Shown: positions 48,445 to 62,824 of the stretch, piece after piece
Position numbering within the stretch: the stretch's first letter is position 1
Layout: each line of letters opens with the position of its first letter
Source: Nemertoderma westbladi
Lineage: Eukaryota > Animalia > Xenacoelomorpha
Direction: 5' to 3'
DNA length: 64,000 nucleotides
Assembly (NCBI GenBank): GCA_032718475.1
Contig: JAUCBJ010002774.1
Coordinates: 2,359 to 66,358, forward strand
The notes under the pieces: generated by a model
Seen by the model: the letters and a program-made list of their open reading frames with translations, nothing else
Databases searched by the model: none
What the model was told of the DNA's origin: nothing
Made by a program: the position numbers and the translations under genes

Positions 48445-51400
48445 ATTTCACTCATAAGTGCTGTTTATTTTACCACTATGTACTATTATATTATTTCTCA
48501 GTGTTGTTTATTTTACCACTATGTACTATTATATTATTTATCAGTGTTGTTTATTTTACTCCTATGTACTATTATATTATTTCTCAGTGTTGTTTATTTT
48601 ACCACTATGTACTATTATATTATTTCTCAGTGTTGTTTATTTTACTACTATGTACTATTATATTATTTCTCAGTGTTGTTTATTTTACCACTATGTACTA
48701 TTATATTATTTCTCAGTGTTGTTTATTTTACCACTATGTACTATTATATTATTTATCAGTGTTGTTTATTTTACCACTATGTACTATTATATTATTTCTC
48801 AGTGTTGTTTATTTTACCACTATATACTATTATATTATTTATCAGTGTTGTTTATTTTACCACTATGTACTATTATATTATTTCTCAGTGTTGTTTATTT
48901 TACTACTATGTACTATTATATTATTTATCAGTGTTGTTTATTTTACCACTATGTACTATTATATTATTTCTCAGTGTTGTTTATTTTACCACTATGTACT
49001 AGTAGATTATTTCTCAGTGTTGTTTATTTTACCACTATGTACTATTATATTATTTCTCAGTGTTGTTTATTTTACTACTATGTACTATTGTATTATTTAT
49101 CAGTGTTGTTTATTTTACCACTATGTACTATTATATTATTTCTCAGTGTTGTTTATTTTACCACTATGTACTATTATATTATTTATCAGTGTTGTTTATT
49201 TTACCACTATGTACTATTATATTATTTCTCAGTGTTGTTTATTTTACCACTATGTACTATTATATTATTTATCAGTGTTGTTTATTTTACCACTATGTAC
49301 TATTATATTATTTCTCTATTTCTCATTGTTTTTATTTTACGACTATGTACTATTATATTATTTCTCAGTGTTGTTTATTTTACTACTATGTACTATTATA
49401 TTATTTATCAGTGTTGTTTATTTTACTACTATGTACTATTATATTATTTCTCAGTGTTGTTTATTTTACCACTATGTACTATTATATTATTTCTCAGTGT
49501 TGTTTATTTTACCACTATGTACTATTATATTATTTATCAGTGTTGTTTATTTTACCACTATGTACTATTATATTATTTCTCAGTGTTGTTTATTTTACCA
49601 CTATGTACTATTATATTATTTCTCAGTGTTGTTTATTTTACTACTACTATGTACTATTATATTATTTATCAGTGTTGTTTATTTTACCACTATGTACTAT
49701 TATATTATTTCTCAGTGTTGTTTATTTTACCACTCTGTACTATTATATTATTTATCAGTGTTGTTTATTTTACTACTATGTACTATTATATTATTTATCA
49801 GTGTTGTTTATTTTACCACTATGTACTATTATATTATTTATCAGTGTTGTTTATTTTACCACTATGTACTATTATATTATTTATCAGTGTTGTTTATTTT
49901 ACCACTATGTACTATTATATTATTTATCTATTTCTCAGTGTTGTTTATTTTACGACTATGTACTATTATATTATTTCTCAGTGTTGTTTATTTTACTACT
50001 ATGTAGTATTATATTATTTCTCAGTGTTGTTTATTTTACTACTATGTACTATTATATTATTTCTCAGTGTTGTTTATTTTACCACTATGTACTATTATAT
50101 TATTTCTCAGTGTTGTTTATTTTACCACTATGTACTATTATATTATTTCTCAGTGTTGTTTATTTTACCACTATGTACTATTATATTATTTCTCAGTGTT
50201 GTTTATTTTACTACTATGTACTATTATATTATTTCTCAGTGTTGTTTATTTTACCACTATGTACTATTATATTATTTATCAGTGTTGTTTATTTTACCAC
50301 TATGTACTATTATATTATTTCTCAGTGTTGTTTATTTTACCACTATGTACTATTATATTATTTATCAGTGTTGTTTATTTTACCACTATGTACTATTATA
50401 TTATTTCTCAGTGTTGTTTATTTTACTACTATGTACTATTATATTATTTCTCAGTGTTGTTTATTTTACCACTATGTACTATTATATTATTTATCAGTGT
50501 TGTTTATTTTACCACTATGTACTATTATATTATTTCTCAGTGTTGTTTATTTTACCACTATGTACTATTATATTATTTATCAGTGTTGTTTATTTTACCA
50601 CTATGTACTATTATATTATTTATCAGTGTTGTTTATTTTACCACTATGTACTATTATATTATTTCTCAGTGTTGTTTATTTTACCACTATGTACTATTAT
50701 ATTATTTATCAGTGTTGTTTATTTTACCACTATGTACTATTATATTATTTCTCAGTGTTGTTTATTTTACCACTATGTACTATTATATTATTTCTCAGTG
50801 TTGTTTATTTTACTACTATGTACTATTATATTATTTCTCAGTGTTGTTTATTTTACCACTATGTACTATTATATTATTTATCAGTGTTGTTTATTTTACC
50901 ACTATGTACCATTATATTATTTCTCAGTGTTGTTTATTTTACTACTATGTACTATTAGATTATTTCTCAGTGTTGTTTATTTTACCACTATGTACCATTA
51001 TATTATTTCACAGTGTTGTTTATTTTACCACTATGTACTATTATATTATTTCTCAGTGTTGTTTATTTTACCAAATGTACTATTAGATTATTTCTCAGTG
51101 TTGTTTATTTTACCACTATGTACTATTATATTATTTCTCAGTGTTGTTTATTTTACCACTATGTACTATTATATTATTTCTCAGTGTTGTTTATTTTACC
51201 ACTATGTACTATTATATTATTTCTCAGTGTTGTTTATTTTACCACTATGTACTATTATATTATTTATCAGTGTTGTTTATTTTACCACTATGTACTATTA
51301 TATTATTTCTCAGTGTTGTTTATTTTACCACTATGTACTATTATATTATTTCTCAGTGTTGTTTATTTTACCACTATGTACTATTATATTATTTCTCAGT

Positions 51401-53260
51401 GTTGTTTATTTTACCACTATGTACTATTATATTATTTCTCAGTGTTGTTTATTTTACCACTATGTACTATTATATTATTTCTCAGTGTTGTTTATTTTAC
51501 CACTATGTACTATTATATTATTTATCAGTGTTGTTTATTTTACCACTATGTACTATTATATTATTTATCAGTGTTGTTTATTTTACCACTATGTACTATT
51601 AGATTATTTCTCAGTGTTGTTTATTTTACCACTATGTACTATTATATTATTTCTCAGTGTTGTTTATTTTACCACTATGTACTATTATATTATTTCTCAG
51701 TGTTGTTTATTTTACCACTATGTACTATTATATTATTTATCAGTGTTGTTTATTTTACCACTATGTACTATTATATTATTTCTCAGTGTTGTTTATTTTA
51801 CCACTATGTACTATTATATTATTTATCAGTGTTGTTTATTTTACCACTATGTACTATTATATTATTTCTCAGTGTTGTTTATTTTACTACTATGTACTAT
51901 TATATTATTTCTCAGTGTTGTTTATTTTACCACTATGTACTATTATATTATTTCTCAGTGTTGTTTATTTTACTACTATGTACTATTATATTATTTCTCA
52001 GTGTTGTTTATTTTACCACTATGTACCATTATATTATTTCTCAGTGTTGTTTATTTTACTACTATGTACTATTATATTATTTCTCAGTGTTGTTTATTTT
52101 ACCACTATGTACCATTATATTATTTCTCAGTGTTGTTTATTTTACTACTATGTACTATTAGATTATTTCTCAGTGTTGTTTATTTTACCACTATGTACTA
52201 TTATATTATTTCTCAGTGTTGTTTATTTTACTACTATGTACTATTATATTATTTCTCAGTGTTGTTTATTTTACCACTATGTACTATTATATTATTTCTC
52301 AGTGTTGTTTATTTTACCACTATGTACCATTATATTATTTCTCAGTGTTGTTTATTTTACTACTATGTACTATTAGATTATTTCTCAGTGTTGTTTATTT
52401 TACTACTATGTACTATTATATTATTTATCAGTGTTGTTTATTTTACTACTATGTACTATTAGATTATTTCTCAGTGTTGTTTATTTTACCACTATGTACT
52501 ATTATATTATTTATCAGTGTTGTTTATTTTACTACTATGTACTATTATATTATTTCTCAGTGTTGTTTATTTTACTACTATGTATTATTATATTATTTCT
52601 CAGTGTTGTTTATTTTACTACTATGTACTATTATATTATTTCTCAGTGTTGTTTATTTTACTACTATGTACTATTATATTATTTATCAGTGTTGTTTATT
52701 TTACCACTATGTACTATTATATTATTTCTCAGTGTTGTTTATTTTACTACTATGTACTATTATATTATTTATCAGTGTTGTTTATTTTACTCCTATGTAC
52801 TATTATATTATTTCTCAGTGTTGTTTATTTTACTACTATGTACTATTATATTATTTCTCAGTGTTGTTTATTTTACTACTATGTACTATTATATTATTTC
52901 TCAGTGTTGTTTATTTTACCACTATGTACTATTAGATTATTTCTCAGTGTTGTTTATTTTACTACTATGTACTATTATATTATTTCTCAGTGTTGTTTAT
53001 TTTACCACTATGTACTATTAGATTATTTCTCAGTGTTGTTTATTTTACTACTATGTACTATTATATTATTTCTCAGTGTTGTTTATTTTACCACTATGTA
53101 CTATTAGATTATTTCTCAGTGTTGTTTATTTTACTACTATGTACTATTATATTATTTCTCAGTGTTGTTTATTTTACCACTATGTACTATTATATTATTT
53201 CTCAGTGTTGTTTATTTTACTACTATGTATGATTATTTTATTCGTCAGTGTTGTTTATGT
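48445..53260. repeat. 43-bp AT-rich minisatellite TCAGTGTTGTTTATTTTACCACTATGTACTATTATATTATTTC (~110 copies)
   Basis: Direct reading; 43-aa periodicity of spurious ORFs in all three plus-strand frames. Confidence 0.97.
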
Positions 53261-55332
53261 TACTGCTACGGTAATATAATATCGGCTTAACTGAGCGGCC
53301 TCTTCGAAACGAAATGAATAACGTGTTGGGTGGTTTCAAATTATATATCTGTAACAATTATCTATTATTGTGCATCGCCATATATTTTGCTACCATTCAC
53401 AATTTAACCTTATAATTATTACTTTTTTACGGCTATATATCTGTTTTTATTCGTGCTGTGCACTTTTTACTTCATAATTATATCAATTTAATTCAATTAT
53501 AGATACAATGAATGAAAATCAGAGTATTTAATATTTTATAAATAATTATTACCTTATAAATTTCAACTGTCGTGTCACACCTAGTGACACTCTTTAGACG
53601 TTAGTGTTACACAATTGTACAATGGGAACTTTGCTTCTACTGGGGGAGTAAAATAAGGGTTGGTTTTGTTTTTGCTACGGAGTTTTCAGCCTGCCCGCCT
53701 TTCATGCAACAGCCAAGAGAGAGGCGCCTTCGGTTTGACTCCGCTCTTTCTTGGTTCAGTTTCATTGTTAACTTTACCTAACTTAAACTCTAAAAAGCAC
53801 AAAAATTCCTCATTACCTAATAATACATTTATTTTATTAATGGATTTGGTGGCGTGTGATCTTGGTTATTTTGAAGCAATCATGTTATTAATATCAAAGG
53901 CATGTGAATGTATATTATGTACGCTCAACTGCATCATGATTTACGAAATCTATGCGGTTTACGATTTAAAACGGTTGCTTGTCAATGCAAGTAGGGAAAT
54001 TCCCTTTGATGCAAAAACAGCTGAGAATACTATTTAGGTTTAGGTCGGCTTATTTGGCGGATGGAGGGAGTTAGCTTTGGCACAGTCCAGGCTGAGCTGA
54101 ATTACTTGCAGATTTGCAAACACCTGTTTTTTGCACCTAATCTTTGCCTATTGTAACATAATGAATATAATCCCATTTAGTTTCAGCCACTTTGAATTTC
54201 TATTTATCTTTTTGTTTCTATTTATCTTTTTATTATTTATCTCATATGATCGAGTTGACAACTGGTCAAGATTCGAGCGCGGACCTTCAAGTTCTCAACT
54301 GAAATATCGAATTTCGTAGTCCTGGGCCTTAATCACATCAGTGCGATCATCGGAGTACTGAAGGGGCGCTTCGTGTAGCAGTATTGATTTCTCCCAAAAA
54401 TATATCTGTAACCTAATCTATTGACTTTTGTTTATTGTTTTGTTTGGAATAACTTGCCACTGAAACCTCCGCCTTCCCTTAACTGCTAATTACACATTGT
54501 GACGAGATATTAATTGACCGATATGGGATTCCCCCCCCCCCCCCCTCCCCCCCTTCTCCCTCCAGGAAGGGACTCCTGATCCAAAGAAAATTGAACCTCC
54601 CATTTATGTTACCTCAAGGGGAAAGCGGTTCATTTTTTTGAATCCTTTAATTTATAATTGTGGGTGGATTACCAATGTGAGATTTGGTGGGTCATTACCG
54701 CCCAATCCTCCTATCTCTACTCCTCATACTCGTGCCTCTCCCACCCCCTGACCGGGGAGGGGAGGGGGGGGGGGGGGGGGGGTCACGAATAGGCCAACCA
54801 ATACACCCAAAACCGGAAAATAAATGTCACCTGCAATAAAATAAAAATTATTAATACCATATTTCATGTCAAAGTTCTGTAATTAGCCGACATTTTTTAT
54901 GTCCCTGTACTTTACGCCAATTTTTATTGTGACAAACATGTTTATTGATACCAATGCAGTTAATGGAAAGAAATCTCATTATGTCCGCCGGAGCGATGCG
55001 AGATTAGATCCGACAGTTTCGGATTGTCCTTTCTCTTACTAATCTTTGCAACAGTGAATCCGGGTTGTCAGATTTTAATTGTGAGATCTCAACACAACCG
55101 CGGTAACAATAAAATCCTCCCCCCGCCGCCACTTTAGTTCGGTTACACCGCCTAACATAAATATATTTGATAAGTAACAACCTCATGAATCTGACATTTT
55201 TAAGCTGACTGAATCGCTCATTTATATAGCCAACCAACCATGCTCGGAAGTTATTTTATAATTAAACATCTGAAATTCTTTCATTTGCACCGATACTGTA
55301 GTTGAGTTGAGGGTTTGTTGATGGCATGTTGG

Positions 55333-55515
55333 ACTTTCGAGGATTTGGAAGTCACACAGGATTCATCGGAAATTTAAGAATCATCGGAAACTTAAGGTCC
55401 GATTATTTAGAGCAGCAGTAGTTCCAGTACTCCTCTATGGGAGTCCATGCTTGGCTTTAACTGCTGAGGACACCAAATCTCTGGATAGCACATTCACAAG
55501 AATGACAAGCCGGCA
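55333..55515 (+). mobile_element. Third, short internal fragment of the 31269-33268 RTE family
   Basis: cggaaacttaaggtccgattatttagagcagcagtagttccagtactcctctatggg...cacattcacaagaatg matches 16346-16466. Confidence 0.8.
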
Positions 55516-55604
55516 TTTAATGGTGGTTACAAAATGATTTTTTTGTTAAACCGGCATAGCATCTCAATGTGCCGTTTCTATGCAGCACGCGGATTATAGT
55601 GGAT

Positions 55605-55960
55605 AAGTATGGCGAGCCACAAATTCTAGGTGAATCTTGGCATAGCGCTGTAATTAATGGATGTCGTCGTTGGAAATGTTTGAACGCCAATAAGTCGGTC
55701 AATATTTGATGAAATTGAACCAAACTTGGTACAAGTGGTCAAAAGCTTTAAATTCTACACACGGATAGACTTCTATAGTCCCTTTGTCGGCCGCTAGGGG
55801 GCGAATGACCAGTGGAAAAACCTGCAGGGGAAACACATTATTTCTAACTCTATAAGGTCTCTTGATATGGGGGGTGGTGGGCAAGGTTCCTTTATTACTA
55901 TTAACCTTTAATAATATTAGTACTATAGGTTGCCTTGGGGGGGGGGGGGGGGGGGGACCC
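55605..55960 (-). mobile_element. Diverged reverse-orientation copy of the hairpin-ended element
   Basis: tatggcgagccac end; ccaaacttggtaca is the reverse complement of tgtaccaagtttgg at 61798; carries gccgctagggggcg. Confidence 0.5.
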
Positions 55961-56892
55961 GCTTGGCCGCCTGAACCAATACTATATGTTTCTGGGCGTG
56001 GTGTATGAATTAAAGTTGAAAAGGCGATTGTGAACCAACAGTATTTATAATTATTTTACAAGATTGTTGCGATTCAGTTGTTCCGAAATTAGATTTGTTA
56101 ATCCCTCTCACTCAATCGATATCTCCTTGTCATTTATTTACCAATTATCTGATTGTTCGCAAAATTGTTGCGAAATTGAATGTAATAATAACAAATTCTA
56201 GTATAGTCCTCATTAGTTTACAAATCGAGTGACAATGTCATACCGGGCCTTGCAACATATCTCAGGTTGTCATTAGGTGTAGGATTACCGCACAAACTAA
56301 TGTCTAATCATCGCAGTTTGCCTTCGGACTTCCTGCCCCGTATATGAGACTCACACGCAGAGTTTCCCTTATCCCAACACACAACAACTAATCCTTCTCA
56401 AGTACAATACGCTTAGCCTAACCCCAACACGCTACATCCCCGGGGATATACAAGTCGAGATTACGTTTTTAACATTTTTCCATCATCGGCCATCTAACAT
56501 TAATACTTGCCTTTTTCATGTATATCATATCCGTTTTACAATGTTATTCTTTCATTATATGTAAAAATCTATGCATAATATTTGTTTCATCGAACTCAGG
56601 TCATTATAACTCAGATCTAATTGTTTGTTCGTCTTCTTCTGTGTGGATATATGGCATCCCCAAGTAGTTTGTATCAGCAGTATAGTTGCATCCATACGAA
56701 TCAAGCAAGCTATCTCGTAAACTGCAGTTCCATATCATCCAATTAATTTACATTCGAATAGCAGTTTAAATAAGAGAGGAAGTTGTCCTAATTGTCCTAA
56801 CTAGTGACCGACCTAAAGTACCTGTTTTCTGGAAGGTATTTGTGTGGCTTTGCGCGTGCTCCGTATCTATCTTGGGAACTAACATCCGTTGT

Positions 56893-57440
56893 TTACTACT
56901 ACTACTAGTAATATGTCCAACCAGCTTGGACAGTGCTTACGAGATTCTTCCAGGCTTCCCGATTCTCCATAGTTGTCGCAATTTCGTTTCTCTCAAGTTC
57001 AGTATCCCTTTCAAGTTGATCTATATATGTTATGGCCGGTCGTCCACGACTACGCTTTCCATGAGTTGGTTGCCAGAAAAGTAGATCTGGTATGACCTCG
57101 TCTTTACTTCGCCAGCAGTGCCCACTGAATCTTAATCTGCGTTCACGGAGGGTGGTTGATACAGGCGGTATTGTACCATAAAGCTCGGCGTTTGTCACGT
57201 GTTGTCTCCAGCTGATGTTTAGAACTGCCCGTAGTAAGTAGTCTTGTGTAGCAACCATCAATTCGGTGTTCAAGTGATTTCGTCAGTGCCCAAGCCTCAC
57301 TCCCGTAGCACACTTGCCACTGTAGCTCGAAAGAGCTCTGATTTTCGAATGGCATCCTTTTTTGATATAGTCCTACCCATGCCTTTGTTTTCCTAACTTC
57401 AATATTTTTCTGCCGCTCTCTATCCTACACCCAAAGTAAG
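56893..57440 (-). mobile_element. 3' fragment of a second RTE-clade LINE family with a (TAG)n tail, frameshifted
   Basis: YGSEAWALTK and LRERRLRFSGHCWR...LLFWQPTHGKRSRGRP; tactactactacta tail at ~56894. Confidence 0.8.
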
Positions 57441-59382
57441 TGATGAAGTGAATTTAGGACTAACAGCTTTAACGCGCCCCTTAACACAACTTTTCCGACC
57501 ACCAGATACCTAATTTACAGTTTGCCAGGTAAGTCTCGACTATTGCCGTATGTGAGGAGATGTAATTATTTAAATTTTGCCATCTATGTACTTCTCCTTG
57601 TCGGTGTTGTAAGCCTCTACTTTGTAGGCGGTCTTATGATCTTCGATCTTACAAGTAACATCAGTGTTCTACGTTATGGGATTGTTTTTTTGCAAATAAT
57701 AGTTCTGTCATACTTTTTTTCCACCTTTCGCGCATGGATTTTATAGTTTCTGACACCTAATTTCTGCCCAAACTTTTAATTTTTAACTTAACATGTAGCT
57801 TGGAAGATAATTAATAATTATTTTCAATTGTTTTAATATTAAATCCACGAAAGTAAAAACAGGACTAACCCCAGCACCAGTTTTCACACCCCGTGAGAAC
57901 AAACACCCCGTGTGGACTTTCTTTGAGAAAATTATGCATGAAGAAATTAGCTTCTAATTTCCAATGTTAAAAAAAAGTTCGACCCTTTGGCAGGGGGAGG
58001 GGGGGGGGGGATTTACTGTTGATATTCTGCACTAAATTCACTTGTAGCTCAAGTTACAAAAAATAGTATATATCTACATTGAGTTTCATTATTTGAATAC
58101 TTCCTGTCCGCACCCTCCAGGGACCACGTCCTCCCACACTTTACTTTCTTACTTAGGATTATCTTACCGCTAGTTCGAGTTGTGAGTATGGAGTTAACCC
58201 TTAGGTAAGGGAGGGCAAGGCGTTTCGCACTGCTTCACATTCAAGTTTATGTTTATCAACTAGAAGCTGAGGCACTCGTTTATTCGTAATTTGGGTAAAG
58301 TTTGTTGGGAGTGGATGAATTACATTATTAATCTCATGTATTTTGTATTGAGATTGTCAACAACTGCACTTCATCGCAGAAATCGTATTTATTGGTCAAT
58401 TTTAAAGTGAAAAATAAATATTTGTTTTTTATTGCATCTAGAGCAATAAGAGTTTTTTACCCAAAAAACACTACTTCTGCGACATTTTTAACCGTTTTTT
58501 TTTTGTTATTTTTGCTTTATATGAAAGGTAATTTCATAAGCTTTTATAAATTTCGGATTGTTTTATTGATTTCATAATATTTCCCCATTTTTTTTATAGA
58601 ATAAAATAGAAAAAAGTTTCGATTTTTTCATATTGTTGGCCAAATTATCAGATAAAAATACAAAAGGTGGCCGTAAATATTATGAAAATGAACAAGCTGG
58701 GTCCAAAAATAATGTCGAAAAATGGAAATGGAAAGTAAGGGGAGTATTGTTCTCAGTAACATTTTTAAAATCTCACGCAGGCCGCTAAGTGGCGCTATAA
58801 AAATTGTTTTACATCTTATGATGTTCTTTTTGGTGGTATATCGTTTTCTATGCATTTTTCATCCACATTGGGGAAATACTTTAAATACAAAAAATAATAC
58901 TCTATATTCAATAGAGAAATAATATGATTTTTAACGATTAAACACAATTGAAAGTTTTCATATCTGCAGAACTTGAATCCTTTACAAAGTAACTGAACAA
59001 TCCCGGTGTCTTGGTTTCCCCAAAAAATTACTATTAATGTATTTAAGACGAAAATAGGGAAATAGCAAAAACTTTAAATTACTTTAAATTTATAAAACCT
59101 ATGGATTTTAAAAGGAATAAAAATATGATTACAAAAAAATATTATAGAACTTTTACACTTTTATTGCTTAAAGAACAAAAATTTCGTATGTGAGATTTGA
59201 TATTTTATATCGCTTTACGAAACTAGAAATTGGATGAAATTTTTAATAGATAGTAAATAATATGTATTATATTATATGATCTCTTTTGTTATTACATTCG
59301 TCGATACTTGAATCGAAAGAGCATTGAAGTGAAACCGTTTGGGGAAAAATCAACCACGCATTCAAAAAAGAACTATCTATCT

Positions 59383-62300
59383 GTCATATTCTACAGACAC
59401 CTGCCTTATTAACTTAACTGATACAATTAGATGTAATAACGCAAAGGGTTTATATACTGGTATGGTAATGTTGGACCTACAAAAGGCTTTCGATACTGTA
59501 GATCACGAAATTCTGCTTGGTAAGTTAGGCCTGATGGGTGTAGGTTCTATAGACTGGTTCAAGTCCTACCTGTCAGACAGAGGTCAAACTGTAGTCATTA
59601 GCAAATCGCTGTCTACTGTACAAGAGATTACCTGTGGTGTCCCGCAAGGTAGTATATTAGGTCCTCTGCTTTTTGTATGCTATGTAAATGATATGATAAG
59701 TAGTATAGATCCCGATTTTAAACTCATTTTATATGCCGACGACAGTGCTCTTATTTTCTCTCATAAAGATCCTATCCATATTTCCCAAAAGTTAAGTGCA
59801 GTTCTAGAATCCTGTAATGAGTGGTTGGTTGATAATAAGCTATCCATTCACTACGGTAAAACTGAAAGTATTTTGTTTGGTTCCAAAAGAAAGTTAAAGA
59901 AGGTAACTAAGTTTGAAGTCACTAGTAATGGACATAAGATTGAAAATAAAAAGGAAGTTAAATATTTAGGCGCCACATTGGATAACTGCTTATCAGGAGA
60001 AAGTACAGTGAAAAATATTTTCTCGAAAGTTAACAGTAGGCTTAGGTTTCTATACAGAAATAAAAATAGTTTGAACACCGACTCCCGCAAGTTACTTTGC
60101 TCTTCTTTAATACAGTGTCACATGGACTATGCGTGCTCTTCCTGGTATGAAGGCTTAACCAAACAGCTTAAATGTAAATTACAAGTAGCTCAGAATAAAG
60201 TAGTACGATTTATTAAAGACTACAAACCTAGGCACCACCTAACTCCAGATGACTTTTCTGAATCTGGACTACTTAACTTAGATAGTAGAGTTAAGCAGCT
60301 ACGCCTTAACCATGTGCATAAAGTGTATAATGGTAAATGTCCCAATTACCTAAAACAAAAATTCAACAGAGTACGCGATACACACTCTTACACGTTCGTG
60401 GGGACTTCGCGCAGCACGAGGCCTAGTTATTATATACAAATTAAAATGCAGCGACTGTATCACAAAATCAGGTTTTGAGAAATTTACCCACACCACCAAT
60501 CAATCAAAGAAAGGTGGACAGTACGTGTTCACCCCTTTTAATCTCCCCCCCCCCCCCCCCACCCTTCCCAACCACCAATACATAACCGCGACATCTACCA
60601 CCCACGGAAGGGTAGCACGAACTTATTTCCAATCGCACGTTAAATATGCAAAGCCAGGTGGTTTATAGGAATATAATAAACGCAGTACTCGTTTTCATTA
60701 TAAGCCTCTTTGCGTTCGTCCTGTTTTGTATTTAAATATATTTCTTAAACGCAAGCTAGGACGATCTTTATAATAATAATAACTAGGGATGCGATCAATA
60801 TGTGAAGCCAGGTGGTTTATATAATAATTTAGTCAACGCAGTACTCGTCTTCATTATATGCCTCGTTGCGCTCGTCGCTTGTCCTGTTTTGTCATAAAAT
60901 ATTTTTCCTAAACGCAGACTGACGATCTTTATACAGTTATAACTATGCGAAGTTTCGAAACTGTGCGAGTAACTGTTGATACATCTATGTGGAGATGTGT
61001 GATATGTGGAGATGTGTGATACAACGCCAACGCATCTTATGCCGATGTAGTAATATGGGTATTGAAATAATATTAAATCAATGTACACTCTTAAAGCTGC
61101 AGCGAAAAAATGTAGCTAATTTCCTAGGTTACATATAAAATAATAATATTATTTTTAAGAACATTAATTTTACTACTTTGCAAAAATTCAATTAAAAAAT
61201 AACCAGACATATACATTGTGGAATAAACTATTTCAGAAGCCTACAACAGCCATGCCATGGATTGTATTTATGTTATTATATCTGTCATTTAACTGAGATA
61301 GCAATAGTAGTAATAGTCGAACGGTTATGCGGCCCGTCCAGCCTATAATAAACACAATTCAGTGATTGGGCTGGAATAGCAATACTGGTTGCCTCTATTA
61401 CAATTCCTCTCAGGTTAGTCTACAGCCACAACTCCCAGCAGCTAGCTCCACACCAGCAGAGACTTGACCAATAATGGGAAGGATTAAATTTGTACTCAAT
61501 AATTGTGCGGTTTAATTACGTTTAGATCAATTAAAGACACATTTATTAAAGCAAATCACTTAAACTAATTAAAAACTATAATAGAATGGCGTATGGGGAT
61601 TATATCTGTATAATTTTTAAGTATAATTATTTAAATCTTATACTGTAAAACAATTAATTTCCTTTAAAAGGCAGGTTGAAAATGGCGTTTTCACCGCAAT
61701 CAACTTAATTAACTAATTAACTGCTATTATCTTAGCTTCTCGAAGGCCACACGGAAATTCTACTTGGAAAATTTCTAAACTTTTGCCAAACAACATGTGT
61801 ACCAAGTTTGGATAGATTTCATCAAAGATTGGCCGAGTTATTAACGTTTAAAATTGAACACGACAGAACGACAGAACGACAGAACGACAGGTTGATTAAT
61901 GGTACCACTACGCTAAGGCTCACTCACTTCGTGGCTCGCCCCACAGTACCAGAGCTAGTGCTTCAAACTTCTACCTCCCGAATTGTAAATCCTTTGAATC
62001 TGATACTTTCTTTTTTAACGGCATAAAAAATTTGAACGCTCTGCCTAATGAAATTAAAAACCTAAATAATCAACATTCTTTTAAATCTGCAGTTAAATCT
62101 CATCTCCGTGTGCAATGTAAAAATAGGTACAATAGTCCTACAGTAAGTTATTAGTTTATTAATTATTTACTATTTATACTGTAATTACGTTTTATAATAA
62201 ATTGTTCTGTACATTATATCTTTATCGTTGAGTCGGGCATTGTCACGCTCTCGGTAAAGTTGTACATGTACATAGTGTAATTACGTTTTATATTATTTTA

Positions 62301-62480
62301 GGTTAGCGTAGTTTAATATTGTATTTGTAACCAAGTAACATAAAGGACCCCCTTGGAAATAAGCTGCAAAGCTTTAGGGGTAATCCTATATGTTATGTTG
62401 GACAATACCTTTATACCGGTACATTGTTTGGTGTATTTGTTATTGTTTTTACATAATGTATAAATAAATCTATCTATCTA
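59383..62480 (+). mobile_element. 5'-truncated CR1/L2-group (Crack-like) LINE split by an insertion at 60393-61942
   Basis: [37 protein letters not shown]. The frame resumes after the insertion (HSY|STRASASNFYLP...FKSAVK) and stops at 62154. AATAAA plus a (TCTA)n tail; CTATCTATCT also at the 5' junction (59373-59382). Confidence 0.88.
60393..61942 (+). mobile_element. 1.55-kb copy of the hairpin-ended non-autonomous element nested in the LINE
   Basis: Family ends, ~155-bp internal repeats (60645 and 60799) and (ACGACAGA)n at 61860. Removing it restores the LINE codons TAC AGT. Confidence 0.85.
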
Positions 62481-62673
62481 TTAGAAAGATGTTTGCGCGA
62501 AGTACAACAAAACAGATAGATATTGGTTTTCTGTAGTTTAACTCCTATCAAACTTATATCATCATAAATATTAATAATAATTTAATGTAATATCATAATT
62601 TTTCTTGAGCATTGAGCAATGCAATAGCCGGAGTTAAAAACGTCATAAATATTTGTAAACCGAAATATTTCAG

Positions 62674-62818
62674 GTGATATATTCAAAATTACTATGGAGG
62701 TTGATGAAGACATGGTCACTGAGATTAAGATGAAATACTTCGACACGGTACCGGTTGCTACTTCCATGTCTGTACTTAAAACTGGTTTCTTATTTATCGC
62801 ATCGGAATTCGGAAATCA
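62674..62818 (+). CDS. SF3B3: SF3B3 coding exon 7 (gene continues beyond the window)
   Basis: tttcag| (G)DIFKITMEVDEDMVTEIKMKYFDTVPVATSMSVLKTGFLFIASEFGN CA|gtaagt. Confidence 0.97.
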
Positions 62819-62824
62819 GTAAGT

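Noticed and set aside
48402-53279. 1334-aa hydrophobic membrane-like ORF and overlapping ORFs
   Set aside because: Translation of the 43-bp satellite in all plus frames.
59339-60478. Complete 379-aa RT gene
   Set aside because: The start is a TTG in flanking DNA and the C-terminus reads into the nested insertion. The true frame continues at 61945.
1158-60560. Many 15-25-nt poly-G/poly-C tracts as a dedicated G-quadruplex system
   Set aside because: Several lie within MITE or other repeat remnants, homopolymer lengths are unreliable, and no positional pattern is visible.
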